DNA of 64,000 nt from positions 3,004 to 67,003 of the forward strand of contig CAVXYN010000001.1 of NCBI GenBank assembly GCA_963766045.1, written 5' to 3'. This document shows, piece after piece, positions 14,806 to 25,523 of this stretch (the first letter of the stretch is position 1; every line of letters starts with the position of its first letter). The DNA comes from an uncultured Actinomycetota bacterium (GTDB lineage: Bacteria > Actinomycetota > Actinomycetes > Mycobacteriales > Pseudonocardiaceae). The position numbers and the translations under genes are program-made. The notes under the pieces are model-generated. The model saw only the letters and a program-made list of their open reading frames with translations. It had not been told where the DNA came from and did not search any database.

Positions 14806-17800
14806 GGACCGGAGGTGGCACCTCGGCGACCAACTCGTCGATCAGCGGACCGCGCCCGGGCACTACCTTCCGCAGCCCTTCCAGATCGCGGCGAACGTCC
14901 ACTCTGGAATAGACGGTGGGTCCGTCTCCGAGCACCTCGGTGAGACGCTGCTTCGCCTCGTCACCCCGGTCGAGCGCCACCAGGTAGACCACTTGGTTGA
15001 ACCGTGCCGACCAGTCTCGTGGATCGGCCTCGGCGTCGGCGATGGCCCGATCGAGCGCCCGGGTAAGGCGTTCGCCCGCCCGCTCAGATCGTGTGCCCAG
15101 CTCCGCGAGCCCGGCGATGTAGTCCATCCAGTTCGATTCGCCGGTATCCGCCGGTAGCACCTCGAGCGCTTCGGCATACTCGCCGCCATATACCAGGACT
15201 TCGGCCAGGCCGGTCCGGTTATACCGGTCCGCGTCGAGCTCCACTGCCCTCCGCCAGTCCGCAAGGGCACTCGCGTGATCGCCGGACCAAAGATGCGCTT
15301 CGGCACGGCAACGAACCGCCACCTCCTCGTTGATGCCGAGTGACAGTGCCTGGTTCAGATCGGTGAGCGCTCCGGGTAACTCGCCGAACAGCAGGCGATG
15401 CTCGCCCCGCTCATACCTGGCCAACCCGCTGCCGGGATCGAGTTCCACCGCCTTCTCCACCTCGGCACGTGCCTCCTCGTGCCGATCCAGTTTCGACAGG
15501 GCTTCCCCTTTCCTGGCATGGAATCGGGCACTGTCCGGTTCCTGTTCGAGTGCCACCTCGATGTCGGTGAGAACGGCGGCCCAATCCCTCGCCCGGCTGT
15601 GAAGGAAGGCGCGCCGTGACCGGTTCTCGACATCGGCAGGCTCGAGTTCGATGGCGCGATTGAAATCGGCCATGGCGGCCGGGGAATCCCCCAAGGCCTC
15701 CAGTACGTCACCCCGCATGTACCAGGCCCACTCGTAGTCGGGGTCGAGCGCGATCGCCGCCGTGAACCCGGCGAGCGCGAGTTCGGATCGCCCGGTCCGG
15801 TGCCAGAACGCCGCCCTCCCCGCCACCAGCCAGGCATCAACGGGATCGGCGCCGACGGCCTCGTCGAACTGCCGCTCGGCAGCTTCGGTGTCACCCTGCC
15901 GCTCCAGGAGCACGGCTCGCTGATATTTCGCCCAGGTGTATCCCGGATCGAGCCGGATGGCCGTATCGAGCTCCCCGATCGCCTTCGGGATGTCCTCCAG
16001 CCCTCGGAAAGCGGCGCTCCGGAGGGCATGGGACCACGCGTTGGCGGGCTCCAGCCTGATCGCCTCGTCGAGGTCTTCGAGGGCATGCGCGTACTCTCCC
16101 GTTTCGGCGCGGACCGCGCCTCGTATCCGCCATGACTGCGGGTAGGACAGGTCCAAGGCGATGGACTTGTCCAGGTATTCCATGGCCTTCGCCCATTCCG
16201 TCTCGGTGTAGGCGAGGTGACCGCGGTCGTACCAGGCATACGGATCCGCGGGGTTGAGCCCGATCGCCTGGTCGTAGTCCAGTTTCGCGGCGGCGAAATC
16301 ATTGCGGCCTTCGTGAGCCCAGCCCCGGCGCCGGATCACCGTCGAAAGCCGAGCGGCATCCAGTGCGGCCGAACCGGCGAGCAGGTCCAGGACCTCGACG
16401 TCACGCGGACCGTCCTCCTGTCCGATGCCTTCGGACAGCCGGCGGGCCCACTCGTGGACCCGCGGAGCGTCCGCGTCCGTTCCCGCCTGCTCCATCATGC
16501 GCACCCACACCCGTGCGGCCGCGGTGCCGGTGGTGATCATTTCGGCGGCACCGAGCAGGGCCTCCGGCAGGGCTTCGGCCGGATCCCCGCAGATCAGGTG
16601 GTAGCACTGCTCCAGTTTCCGCTGCTGCCACCGCTCGTCGGTCCAGCCCTCGCGCCTGTCGAGACCGAGCTCGGCGCAGCGGGTTTCGTAGTACTCGGCC
16701 AGGCGCCGGTGTTGCTCGGCGAAGGTACCGGGAGCCCGGCCGCGTTCGAGGCGCACCATCGGGCCGCGGACCACCGGGTGGTACCGGGCGGGCAGCTCGC
16801 GACGGCTGACGAACGGCAGTTCCCGCAACCAGCGGAACGTCTCCCTCGCCTGCTCCGGCCCGGTCAGGACGCTCAGCACGTCCTCGTCGAGGACGCGGGG
16901 CAGTGCGGCGGTCGCCGCGATCGTCCGCATCCGGTCTTCCGGAACCCAGCGAAGGAACCGGTCGACCGCGTCGCCGCTGGGATCGCCGACCTCACCGGCC
17001 TCCGCGGGATTCCCCCTGGCCAGCATGTCGACAAGGACCGGCAAGCCGTTGGACAGCGTGAGCACGACCTCGATCACCTTCTCGTCGGTGATCCCGTGTT
17101 CGGCGAGCAGGTGCCGCGCCTCCCCGTCGGTGAACGGCCGCAGTTCGGTCTCGTGCACCAGCGGCGCGTGGCGGTTCCATTTCGCCTCGTCCAACGGAAA
17201 CTGACCTGCCATGGTGAGCACGAGGTTCTGGGGCAGATCTCCGTACCGGCCGCTCAACAGATTGAGCAGCCACGGTTCGAGCACGGGCGCCGTCCGCTCG
17301 AAGGTGTCGAAGAACAGCGCGATCTGACGGGACTCCGGAACGCGCCAGAGGTCCTCGACGAAAGGCTTGGTCAGCTCCTCCGCCGGATCGAGCAGCAGCC
17401 GGATATCGGCCTGTCGCTTGAACTTCGCCGCAAGATAGGTCTGCAACTGCTCCAGTTGTTTCGCCGCGGCGGCGGGGTCGATCACCTCGGCGGCGAGGTC
17501 ACCGCCGGGAACGGACTTCGCCAGGCCGAGCCCGACCTTCACGATCGTCTTGGTCAGCAGCTCGCGACCACCGGCCGGGGCCTGCGGATCGCTGTGGAGC
17601 CGTTCACGCGCCTTGAGATAGAACTCGTGGCGCTTCTCGAACCGGCGCATGTCGTGACCGCCGCGGGCGAGGTCCTTCGCCAGTTCGACCAAGGTCGCCG
17701 GAAGATCCTGCTGGCCGTCATCCGCGAAACCGACGGCGGCACGGGATTCCTCGGCGATACCGCGAAGCTGCTCGAGGAGGAACGTCTTCCCGACCCCGGC

Positions 17801-17962
17801 GAGACCGTGCACCGAGAACACGAACCGCCGCCGCCGATCGTCTCCAGGTAGCTTGAGGTTGCTCCGGAAATCCTCGCGTTCCCCTACGCGGCCGACGAAA
17901 CCGTCGCTGAGCCGGGAACGCGCGACATCCTGGATACTCGACCGTCCGTCAGAGCGTGGCAC
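14786..17962 (-). CDS. STAND-type P-loop NTPase with long C-terminal TPR array
   Basis: 1058 aa with a GTG start. FVGRVGERE is followed by Walker A GLAGVGKT and a Walker-B-like IALFFDTFE. About 10 or more TPR-like repeats run from roughly aa 540 to 900 (AxxDYDQAIGLNPADPYAWY etc.). The 3' end overlaps the AlkD-like gene by 20 nt. Confidence 0.8.
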   Translation of the reverse strand: MPRSDGRSSIQDVARSRLSDGFVGRVGEREDFRSNLKLPGDDRRRRFVFSVHGLAGVGKTFLLEQLRGIAEESRAAVGFADDGQQDLPATLVELAKDLARGGHDMRRFEKRHEFYLKARERLHSDPQAPAGGRELLTKTIVKVGLGLAKSVPGGDLAAEVIDPAAAAKQLEQLQTYLAAKFKRQADIRLLLDPAEELTKPFVEDLWRVPESRQIALFFDTFERTAPVLEPWLLNLLSGRYGDLPQNLVLTMAGQFPLDEAKWNRHAPLVHETELRPFTDGEARHLLAEHGITDEKVIEVVLTLSNGLPVLVDMLARGNPAEAGEVGDPSGDAVDRFLRWVPEDRMRTIAATAALPRVLDEDVLSVLTGPEQARETFRWLRELPFVSRRELPARYHPVVRGPMVRLERGRAPGTFAEQHRRLAEYYETRCAELGLDRREGWTDERWQQRKLEQCYHLICGDPAEALPEALLGAAEMITTGTAAARVWVRMMEQAGTDADAPRVHEWARRLSEGIGQEDGPRDVEVLDLLAGSAALDAARLSTVIRRRGWAHEGRNDFAAAKLDYDQAIGLNPADPYAWYDRGHLAYTETEWAKAMEYLDKSIALDLSYPQSWRIRGAVRAETGEYAHALEDLDEAIRLEPANAWSHALRSAAFRGLEDIPKAIGELDTAIRLDPGYTWAKYQRAVLLERQGDTEAAERQFDEAVGADPVDAWLVAGRAAFWHRTGRSELALAGFTAAIALDPDYEWAWYMRGDVLEALGDSPAAMADFNRAIELEPADVENRSRRAFLHSRARDWAAVLTDIEVALEQEPDSARFHARKGEALSKLDRHEEARAEVEKAVELDPGSGLARYERGEHRLLFGELPGALTDLNQALSLGINEEVAVRCRAEAHLWSGDHASALADWRRAVELDADRYNRTGLAEVLVYGGEYAEALEVLPADTGESNWMDYIAGLAELGTRSERAGERLTRALDRAIADAEADPRDWSARFNQVVYLVALDRGDEAKQRLTEVLGDGPTVYSRVDVRRDLEGLRKVVPGRGPLIDELVAEVPPPVLNPRGV

Positions 17963-17988
17963 GGGTCTCTACTTTGCCACACCACCTG

Positions 17989-18041
17989 CACGTGATGGCC
18001 CCCTTCCCTCGGCTGAGCCGAGGGAAGGGGGCCATCACGTG
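17989..18041. repeat. Family-A palindrome downstream of pheT
   Basis: CACGTGATGGCCCCCTTCCCTCGG-CTGAG-CCGAGGGAAGGGGGCCATCACGTG has perfect 24-bp arms. It lies 20 nt after the pheT stop and 27 nt before the GTG of the STAND gene. Confidence 0.85.
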
Positions 18042-18060
18042 ACGTCAGGAGCGCAGTAGT

Positions 18061-20637
18061 TCAGGAGCGCAGAGTGGCTCCGAAGCGCTCGCCGGCCAGG
18101 GTGACGGCCGTGTCGCGGGCCTTGGTGGCCTCGTCGACGGTCAGCGTGCGGTCGGCCGCGCGGAAGCGCAGCTTGTATGCGAGCGACCGTTTGCCCTCAC
18201 CCAGCTGCTCACCTTGGTAGGAGTCGAACAGCGTGATCTCCTCGAGCAGTTCGCCGGCGCCCTCGCGCAGCACCTCGGCGAGGTCCGCCGAGGGCACGCC
18301 CGCGTCGGCGACGATGGCGACGTCGAGCAGCACGGGCGGGTAGCTCGAGATCTTCGGCGCCGGACGGCCGTCCGGGATCGGGATCGCGTCAAGATCGAGT
18401 TCCATCGCGACGGTCCGCGGCGGGAGGCCGAGCGCCTCGACGACCTTCGGGTGCAGCTCACCGGCATAGCCGACGGGCCACTGACCCACCCGCAGCTGCG
18501 CGCAGCGGCCAGGGTGCCACGGCGGCTGGTCCGCCGCCTGCGTGGTCAGCGCGACCCCGGCGGCCTCGGCCACCAGCCGCGCGGCCTGCACGGCGTCGGC
18601 CCAGTTCGCCTGCTCGCCCTCGCCCCACCAGCCGGCGCGACCACGCTGGCCGGTCAGCACGACGGCGACGTGCAGCGGCTGCGCCGGGACGGCCGCCTCG
18701 AGTACCGCGAGCTCGTCTTCGGTCGGACGCCTGTCGACCCCGAGCGAAGGCATCGGGACCGGGTTGGGCGACGGAAGCACGACCTGTCCGATGTGGAACA
18801 ACGAGACATCCTTGAAACCACGGGAAAGGTTGCGCTGCAACGTTTCCAGCAGACCGGGCAGCAGCGTGCTCGCCATCCGGTCCTTGTCGGCCTCGAGCGG
18901 GTTGCGCACCTGGACGGTGTTGCGGCGAACGTCGTCCTCCGGCAGCCCGAAGTCGTCCCAGACCGAGTCCGAGATGAACGGGAACGGCAGCACCTCGACG
19001 TAGCCGGCCTCGGCCAGCGCACGCGCGACCGAACGGCGACGGCGCTGCACCTCGGTGAGCCCGCGGCCTGCCGGGGCGTCGGGCAATGTCGACGGGATGC
19101 TGTCGTAGCCCTCCAGCCGGAGCACCTCTTCGACGAGGTCCGCCGGCTGCACCAGGTCACCTCGCCAGCTCGGCGGGATCGCGGTCACCAGCGCCGTGCC
19201 GTCCTCGGACGTGCCCACGTTGACCTTGCAGCCGATCTGCGACAGCCGCCTGACCGTCACGCCACGTTCGTAACGCACACCCGCGACCCGGTCCGGCAGG
19301 CCGATCGGCATGGTCACCGGCGGGTTCGGCTCGACGCCACCCTCGTCGGTGCGGCCGGGCAGGATCGAACCATCGCCGTACTGCCGCAGCAGCCGGGCCG
19401 CGAACTCGACGGCCACCGCGCACAGTTGCGGGTCGGTGTACCGCTCGAATCGCTTGGCCGCCTCGGAGAACAGCTTGTGACGGCGCGCCGTCCGGCTGAT
19501 CGCCGACGGATCCCAATGCGCCGCCTCGAGGAGCACGTCCGTGCTCTCGGCGTTGATCTCGGTCGACGCGCCACCCATCGTGCCCGCCAGCGAGATCACG
19601 CCGGTGTCGTCGGCGATGATCACGTCGTCCGCGTCGAGCGTGCGCTCCACATCGTCCAAAGTGGTCAGTTTCTCGCCCGGCTTCGCCTTGCGCACCACCA
19701 GATCGCCCTTGATGGATCCGGTGGCGAACGCGTGGAGCGGATGTCCGAGCTCGAGCATCACGTAGTTGGTCACGTCGACCGCGAGCGAGATCGACCGGAT
19801 GCCGGCGAGCAGCAGGCGACGGCGCATCCACCACGGCGTCGGCGCGGTCGCGTCGAGATCCTTGACTCGACGGAGCACGAAACGCTTGCAACCCTCGCGG
19901 TCGTCGAGGTGAACCGGCCACGCGTCGCTCTCGGCCACCGGGACCTCGATGGACGCCGGATCGCCGAAGGGGACGTCAAGCGCGTTGGACAGCTCGCGGG
20001 CGAGGCCGCGGACCGACAGCGCGTACCCGCGATCCGGGGTCGGCGTCACCTCGATGACCGTGTCGTCGAGGCCCAGCAACGTGTTCGCGTCGTCGCCGGG
20101 GCTGGCGGTGCCGGGAGGCAGCACCAGGATTCCGGTGTGGTCGTCACCGATCCCGAGTTCGCGCGACGAGCAGATCATGCCGTCGCTCAACCGGCCGTAC
20201 GTCTTACGCGAGCCGATCTCGAAACCACCGGGCAGCACGGTGCCGGGCAGCGCGACGACGACGAGGTCGCCCTCGGCGAAGTTCGAGGCGCCGCAGATGA
20301 TTCCGCGCGTCCTGATCCCCGTCGGACCCTCGTCCTCGAGCGGACCGCTCTCGTCGTCGTCATCGTCCGAATCGTCGGCGACGGTCTCGTCGGGTTTGTC
20401 GGCCTCGTCCTCGGACTCGCCCACATCGACGCGGCAGAACCGGACCGGCTTCTTGAACTCGGTCAGCTCTTCGATCTCGGCGACCCGGCCGACCACGAGC
20501 GGGCCGGTGACCGGCTCGAGCCGCCGGACGTCGTCGACCTCGATCCCGATGCGCACGAAGGCATCGGCCAGATCCTGGGCGGTGACCTCCTCGTCGACGT
20601 CGAGATGCTCGGTCAGCCAGCTGGCTGGGACTCGCAC
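18061..20637 (-). CDS. pheT: phenylalanine--tRNA ligase beta subunit
   Basis: 858 aa with an N-terminal tRNA-binding OB domain, B3/4, B5 and FDX-ACB-like C-terminus, immediately downstream of pheS. Confidence 0.95.
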   Translation of the reverse strand: MRVPASWLTEHLDVDEEVTAQDLADAFVRIGIEVDDVRRLEPVTGPLVVGRVAEIEELTEFKKPVRFCRVDVGESEDEADKPDETVADDSDDDDDESGPLEDEGPTGIRTRGIICGASNFAEGDLVVVALPGTVLPGGFEIGSRKTYGRLSDGMICSSRELGIGDDHTGILVLPPGTASPGDDANTLLGLDDTVIEVTPTPDRGYALSVRGLARELSNALDVPFGDPASIEVPVAESDAWPVHLDDREGCKRFVLRRVKDLDATAPTPWWMRRRLLLAGIRSISLAVDVTNYVMLELGHPLHAFATGSIKGDLVVRKAKPGEKLTTLDDVERTLDADDVIIADDTGVISLAGTMGGASTEINAESTDVLLEAAHWDPSAISRTARRHKLFSEAAKRFERYTDPQLCAVAVEFAARLLRQYGDGSILPGRTDEGGVEPNPPVTMPIGLPDRVAGVRYERGVTVRRLSQIGCKVNVGTSEDGTALVTAIPPSWRGDLVQPADLVEEVLRLEGYDSIPSTLPDAPAGRGLTEVQRRRRSVARALAEAGYVEVLPFPFISDSVWDDFGLPEDDVRRNTVQVRNPLEADKDRMASTLLPGLLETLQRNLSRGFKDVSLFHIGQVVLPSPNPVPMPSLGVDRRPTEDELAVLEAAVPAQPLHVAVVLTGQRGRAGWWGEGEQANWADAVQAARLVAEAAGVALTTQAADQPPWHPGRCAQLRVGQWPVGYAGELHPKVVEALGLPPRTVAMELDLDAIPIPDGRPAPKISSYPPVLLDVAIVADAGVPSADLAEVLREGAGELLEEITLFDSYQGEQLGEGKRSLAYKLRFRAADRTLTVDEATKARDTAVTLAGERFGATLRS

Positions 20638-21756
<1,119 letters not shown>

Positions 21757-22011
21757 TTAGCAGCTGCTGAATTCTATGGGACAGCGAACGGCGGCCCCCG
21801 ATCACCCTCGGGCTGGGCACGTCGTCACTCGGGAGTGCGAAAATGCGGATCTACGCTGTAAACAAGGTGCTGGAACGAACAGTGCGTTCCATGAGAACTC
21901 CCCTTGTCTAATCGTTCGATCGGCGTAGTCGCGACAACTCTACGTGCCGGTAGGCGAGCGGACCAGTCGTTTCCGTACAGTCGGCGGGTTCAGCGCTCCG
22001 CTTACGGGCCG

Positions 22012-22854
22012 CTACCGGCCCTTCCGCTGGGCCATGGCGTTCGTATAGACACAAACCGCGGCGGCGGTGGCGAGATTGAGGCTCTCCGCCTTGCCGTACA
22101 TCGGAATCTTGACCGCGATGTCGACGGTTTCGAGTACGCGCTCCGGCAGCCCGTGGGCCTCGTTGCCGAACACCCAGGCGGTCGGCTGCGCGAAACTCAC
22201 CTGATCGAGTTCGGTATCGGCGTAGCCGTGTGCGCCGAGCGTGCGCAGTCCGGCGGCGGAACAGGCCGCCAATGCGGCGTCGACGTCCCGGATCCTGGTG
22301 ATGGCGGGATGGAACAGGCTGCCGGCGGCGGCGCGGACGCATTTGCCGTTGTGCGGGTCGACGCTGTCGCCCGCGAGCACGACGGCGTCGGCTCCGGCGG
22401 CGTCGGCGACCCGGATCACGGTGCCGGCGTTGCCGGGGTCCGCGACGTCGACGAGGACGACGACGAGTTCCGCACCGGGTTTCACTACCGTCTCTTGTGG
22501 ACGGTCGACGAGGGCGCAGACCGCGACGATGCCTTGCGGCGTCACGGTTTCGGACAGCCCGTCCGCGGCGCGGTCGCTGATCGGCGAGACCGTGACACCG
22601 GCCTCGCGCGCGGTGACGAGCAGGCGCTCGTGCTGGTCGGCGGCGCGTTCGGTCACGAACAGCTCGTAAACCGTGCCGCCGTCTTCGAGGGCGTGTGTCA
22701 GCGCGGCTTCGACCGCGTTCGCCCCCTCGGCGAGGAACCGGCCCGTCTTTTCGCGCTCGGCGCGGCGGGTGAGCTTGCGCGCAGCAACAACCCGGGGCGT
22801 CCGTTCGGTGAACGGAGCCGCCCCGGGTTGCGGAAGGGCGCTGCGGCCGGTCAG
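22012..22854 (-). CDS. TrmH/SpoU-family RNA 2'-O-methyltransferase (TsnR-like); start codon uncertain
   Basis: SpoU motifs are present ([47 protein letters not shown]). No in-frame ATG, GTG or TTG lies between the implausible 23052 start and the conserved N-terminal [13 protein letters not shown] region. The listed end is a CTG that overlaps the rplT stop. Confidence 0.75.
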   Translation of the reverse strand: MTGRSALPQPGAAPFTERTPRVVAARKLTRRAEREKTGRFLAEGANAVEAALTHALEDGGTVYELFVTERAADQHERLLVTAREAGVTVSPISDRAADGLSETVTPQGIVAVCALVDRPQETVVKPGAELVVVLVDVADPGNAGTVIRVADAAGADAVVLAGDSVDPHNGKCVRAAAGSLFHPAITRIRDVDAALAACSAAGLRTLGAHGYADTELDQVSFAQPTAWVFGNEAHGLPERVLETVDIAVKIPMYGKAESLNLATAAAVCVYTNAMAQRKGR

Positions 22855-23231
22855 GCCGACTTCTTCTCTTCGCCGTTGTTCACGTTGGCCTTGGCGAGCT
22901 CGGCCAGCGCGGTGAACGCCGCGGCGTCGTTGACCGCGAGGTCCGCGAGGATCTTGCGGTCGACCTCGACACCGGCGGCCTTGAGGCCCTGGATGAACCG
23001 GTTGTAGGTCACGCCGTTGGCGCGGGCGGCCGCGTTGATACGGGTGATCCACAGCTGGCGGAAGTCACCCTTGCGGGCACGGCGGTCCCGGTAGGCGTAG
23101 TTGAGGGAGTGAAGGGTCTGCTCCTTCGCCTTGCGGTACAGCCGCGAACGCTGGCCGCGGTAGCCGCTGGCGAGCTCGAGAGTCGCGCGACGCTTCTTCT
23201 GGGCGTTAACCGCCCTCTTGACGCGTGCCAC
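22851..23231 (-). CDS. rplT: 50S ribosomal protein L20
   Basis: [38 protein letters not shown]... is a canonical L20 sequence. Confidence 0.97.
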   Translation of the reverse strand: MARVKRAVNAQKKRRATLELASGYRGQRSRLYRKAKEQTLHSLNYAYRDRRARKGDFRQLWITRINAAARANGVTYNRFIQGLKAAGVEVDRKILADLAVNDAAAFTALAELAKANVNNGEEKKSA

Positions 23232-23293
23232 TGGTCCATCCTGTCGATCTCAGGGGGCGCGTTAGCGCCCGGGGTTTACAAAGTGCGGGGGTG

Positions 23294-23488
23294 TCAGCGG
23301 CCGAGAAGGCGCTTGACGCGGCCGACGTCGTTCTTGGCGACCTCGGTGGTGCCCTCGAGGCGACGGGTGAGCCTGTTGGACTTCTTCTCCATCAGGTGGC
23401 GGCGGCCGGCCTTCTGGCGGCGCAGCTTGCCCGTGCCCGTGACGCGGACTCGCTTGGACGTCCCCTTGTGCGTCTTCATCTTCGGCAT
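23294..23488 (-). CDS. rpmI: 50S ribosomal protein L35
   Basis: [32 protein letters not shown]... is a canonical L35 sequence, using an internal ATG of ORF 23294..23518. Confidence 0.95.
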   Translation of the reverse strand: MPKMKTHKGTSKRVRVTGTGKLRRQKAGRRHLMEKKSNRLTRRLEGTTEVAKNDVGRVKRLLGR

Positions 23489-23557
23489 TGCGTTGTCCTC
23501 TTTCGTGTGGCGGCACACCGGTGAATTCCGGTGTGCCGCGACATGTGCTGGTCGGCG

Positions 23558-24133
23558 CTACGCGTCGGCGGGCGGCTCGGCCGCCTCGTCCTTGGCCGCC
23601 TTCGCGGCCTTCTGCGGCTTCACGTTCTTGTGCGGGGCCAACACCATGATCATGTTGCGGCCGTCCTGCTTCGGCGACGACTCGACGAAACCGAGCTCGG
23701 TCACCTCGTCGGCGAGCTTCTGCAACAGGCGGAAACCGAGTTCCGGCCGCGACTGCTCGCGTCCGCGGAACATGATCGTGACCTTGACCTTGTTGCCGGC
23801 CGCCAGGAAGCGCGAAACGTGACCCTTTTTGGTCTCGTAGTCGTGCTGATCGATCTTGGGCCGCAGCTTCTGCTCTTTGATGACGGTGAGCTGCTGGTTG
23901 CGGCGGGACTCGCGGGCCTTCTGCGCACTCTCGTACTTGAACTTGCCGAAGTCCATGAGCTTGCATACGGGCGGGCGGGCCTGTGGGGCAACCTCGACGA
24001 GGTCGAGATCGTTCTCCTGTGCCAGCCGCAGCGCATCTTCGATCCGGACGATGCCGACCTGTTCACCGGCGGGTCCGACGAGGCGGACCTCCGGTACCCG
24101 GATTCGGTCGTTGATGCGTGTCTCGGAGCTGAT
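23558..24133 (-). CDS. infC: translation initiation factor IF-3 (non-canonical ATC start)
   Basis: The ORF track starts at MDFGKFKYE (23956), but the frame stays open upstream. It encodes the IF-3 N-domain [59 protein letters not shown]. No ATG, GTG or TTG is available back to the in-frame TAG, and ATC 24133..24131 sits 5 nt after AAGGAGG. Confidence 0.85.
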   Translation of the reverse strand: MSSETRINDRIRVPEVRLVGPAGEQVGIVRIEDALRLAQENDLDLVEVAPQARPPVCKLMDFGKFKYESAQKARESRRNQQLTVIKEQKLRPKIDQHDYETKKGHVSRFLAAGNKVKVTIMFRGREQSRPELGFRLLQKLADEVTELGFVESSPKQDGRNMIMVLAPHKNVKPQKAAKAAKDEAAEPPADA

Positions 24134-24402
24134 GGGGCCTCCTTGGTCCGAGGTAAATTCTTCTACCGTTTCGACCTGGTGCCCACATACCTAAGGCCCC
24201 GGTACCTGGCGGTACGCGGGGCCCACTCTTCCGATCGTGCTCGATCTCCAGAATCGAACACACCGCCCCGGCGCTCATAAGATCGCCTGGGCGAGACCGG
24301 ACCCGGACACCTGATGCTGCGGCGGTGACACGGGTGGGAGCGGGGCTCCACTTGCCGCCCCCGATCGCTCGGGGGCTGGTCGCTCGTGGAAGGGTACCAG
24401 AC

Positions 24403-24762
24403 GTGTCAGAAGAACCAGCTCAGCAGCCCCCGTATTCCCCGGACGTCCGCGATCTGGAGGACATCCCGAGCGTCGAGGTCATCAGCAGGGCGGCCGTGAT
24501 GCTGCTCTCCGCCGGCGCCGAGCGTCTCGGCCTCGCCGACGAGGACCCCGCCAACTCTCCGCATCGCGACCTCGACGAGGCCCGCCGCCTGATCACCGCC
24601 CTCGCCGGGCTGGTCACCGCTTCGGCAGAGTACCTCGGCCTGCACGCCGGCCCGTTGCGCGATGGGCTTCAGTCACTTCAGAAGGCCTTCCGTGAGGCTT
24701 CGGCCGTGCCGGACGCCCCTGGTCAGGGCCCGGGCGAGAAGTACACGGGACCCGTTTACTGA
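24403..24762 (+). CDS. DUF1844-like protein
   Basis: GTG 24403 lies inside ORF 24325..24762. The protein is acidic and helical (119 aa) and divergent from infC, as I recall for other actinomycetes. The family call is from resemblance only. Confidence 0.6.
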   Translation: MSEEPAQQPPYSPDVRDLEDIPSVEVISRAAVMLLSAGAERLGLADEDPANSPHRDLDEARRLITALAGLVTASAEYLGLHAGPLRDGLQSLQKAFREASAVPDAPGQGPGEKYTGPVY

Positions 24763-24781
24763 CCTGGCCCCGCCTCCGCTC

Positions 24782-24840
24782 AGTGCTATGAACGGTCCGT
24801 TCCTTGCAAATTTTGCAAGGAACGGACCGTTCATAGCACT
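24782..24840. repeat. Family-A perfect 59-nt palindrome
   Basis: AGTGCTATGAACGGTCCGTTCCTTGCAAA-T-TTTGCAAGGAACGGACCGTTCATAGCACT. I checked all 29 arm positions and they pair. Confidence 0.9.
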
Positions 24841-24875
24841 CGCCGGCAGGTCGACCGACAGCTAACATTTTAGAT

Positions 24876-25523
24876 GTGAGTGAGTTGGCCAAGGTGCCTC
24901 GTTCCCTCCTCCGGGACGAGGCCTACGAGAGCATCAGGCGGGCGATCATCGACGGGACGCTGTCGCCGGGTGCGAACCTGCGCGACGGCGACCTCGCCGA
25001 ACAGCTGGGACTTTCCCGGGCACCGGTGCGCCAAGCCCTGATGCGGCTCGCCGAAGACGGTCTCGTCGAGTCGAAGCCACAGAGCTATACCCGCGTGGCC
25101 GAGTTCGTCCCCGACGACGTCCGGGACGCCCTCCAGCTGGTGCGGACGCTGCACGAGTTCGCCGTGCGCGCGGGTACCCCGCGGATGGGCCCCGCCGAGA
25201 TCGAGGCTATGCGCGCGGCCAACGCTTACTTCGCCAAGGCGATCGCCGAGGGCGACATCGCGGCCGCGATCACCGCGGACGACGATCTCCACGACATCCC
25301 CGTGGCCGCCGCGCGCAACAGAGCGGTCGCCGCGACGCTCGCTCGCTACACACCTTTACTACGGCGTCTCGAATGGGCCCGCTTCGGCTCCCTGCCCGCA
25401 CACCGGTCGGTCCAGCGCCACGCCGACCTCATCGACGCCATCGAAGCGGGCGACGTCGACCGCGCCTGCGAAATCACCGCGACCATCTGGACCGAACTCG
25501 AAGATCTCCTGGAGACGCCGTGA
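24876..25523 (+). CDS. GntR-family (FadR/FCD-type) transcriptional regulator
   Basis: The N-terminal wHTH ([50 protein letters not shown]) is followed by a helical FCD-like C-domain. GTG 24876 lies 7 nt after TAACAT, so the transcript may be leaderless. Confidence 0.85.
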   Translation: MSELAKVPRSLLRDEAYESIRRAIIDGTLSPGANLRDGDLAEQLGLSRAPVRQALMRLAEDGLVESKPQSYTRVAEFVPDDVRDALQLVRTLHEFAVRAGTPRMGPAEIEAMRAANAYFAKAIAEGDIAAAITADDDLHDIPVAAARNRAVAATLARYTPLLRRLEWARFGSLPAHRSVQRHADLIDAIEAGDVDRACEITATIWTELEDLLETP

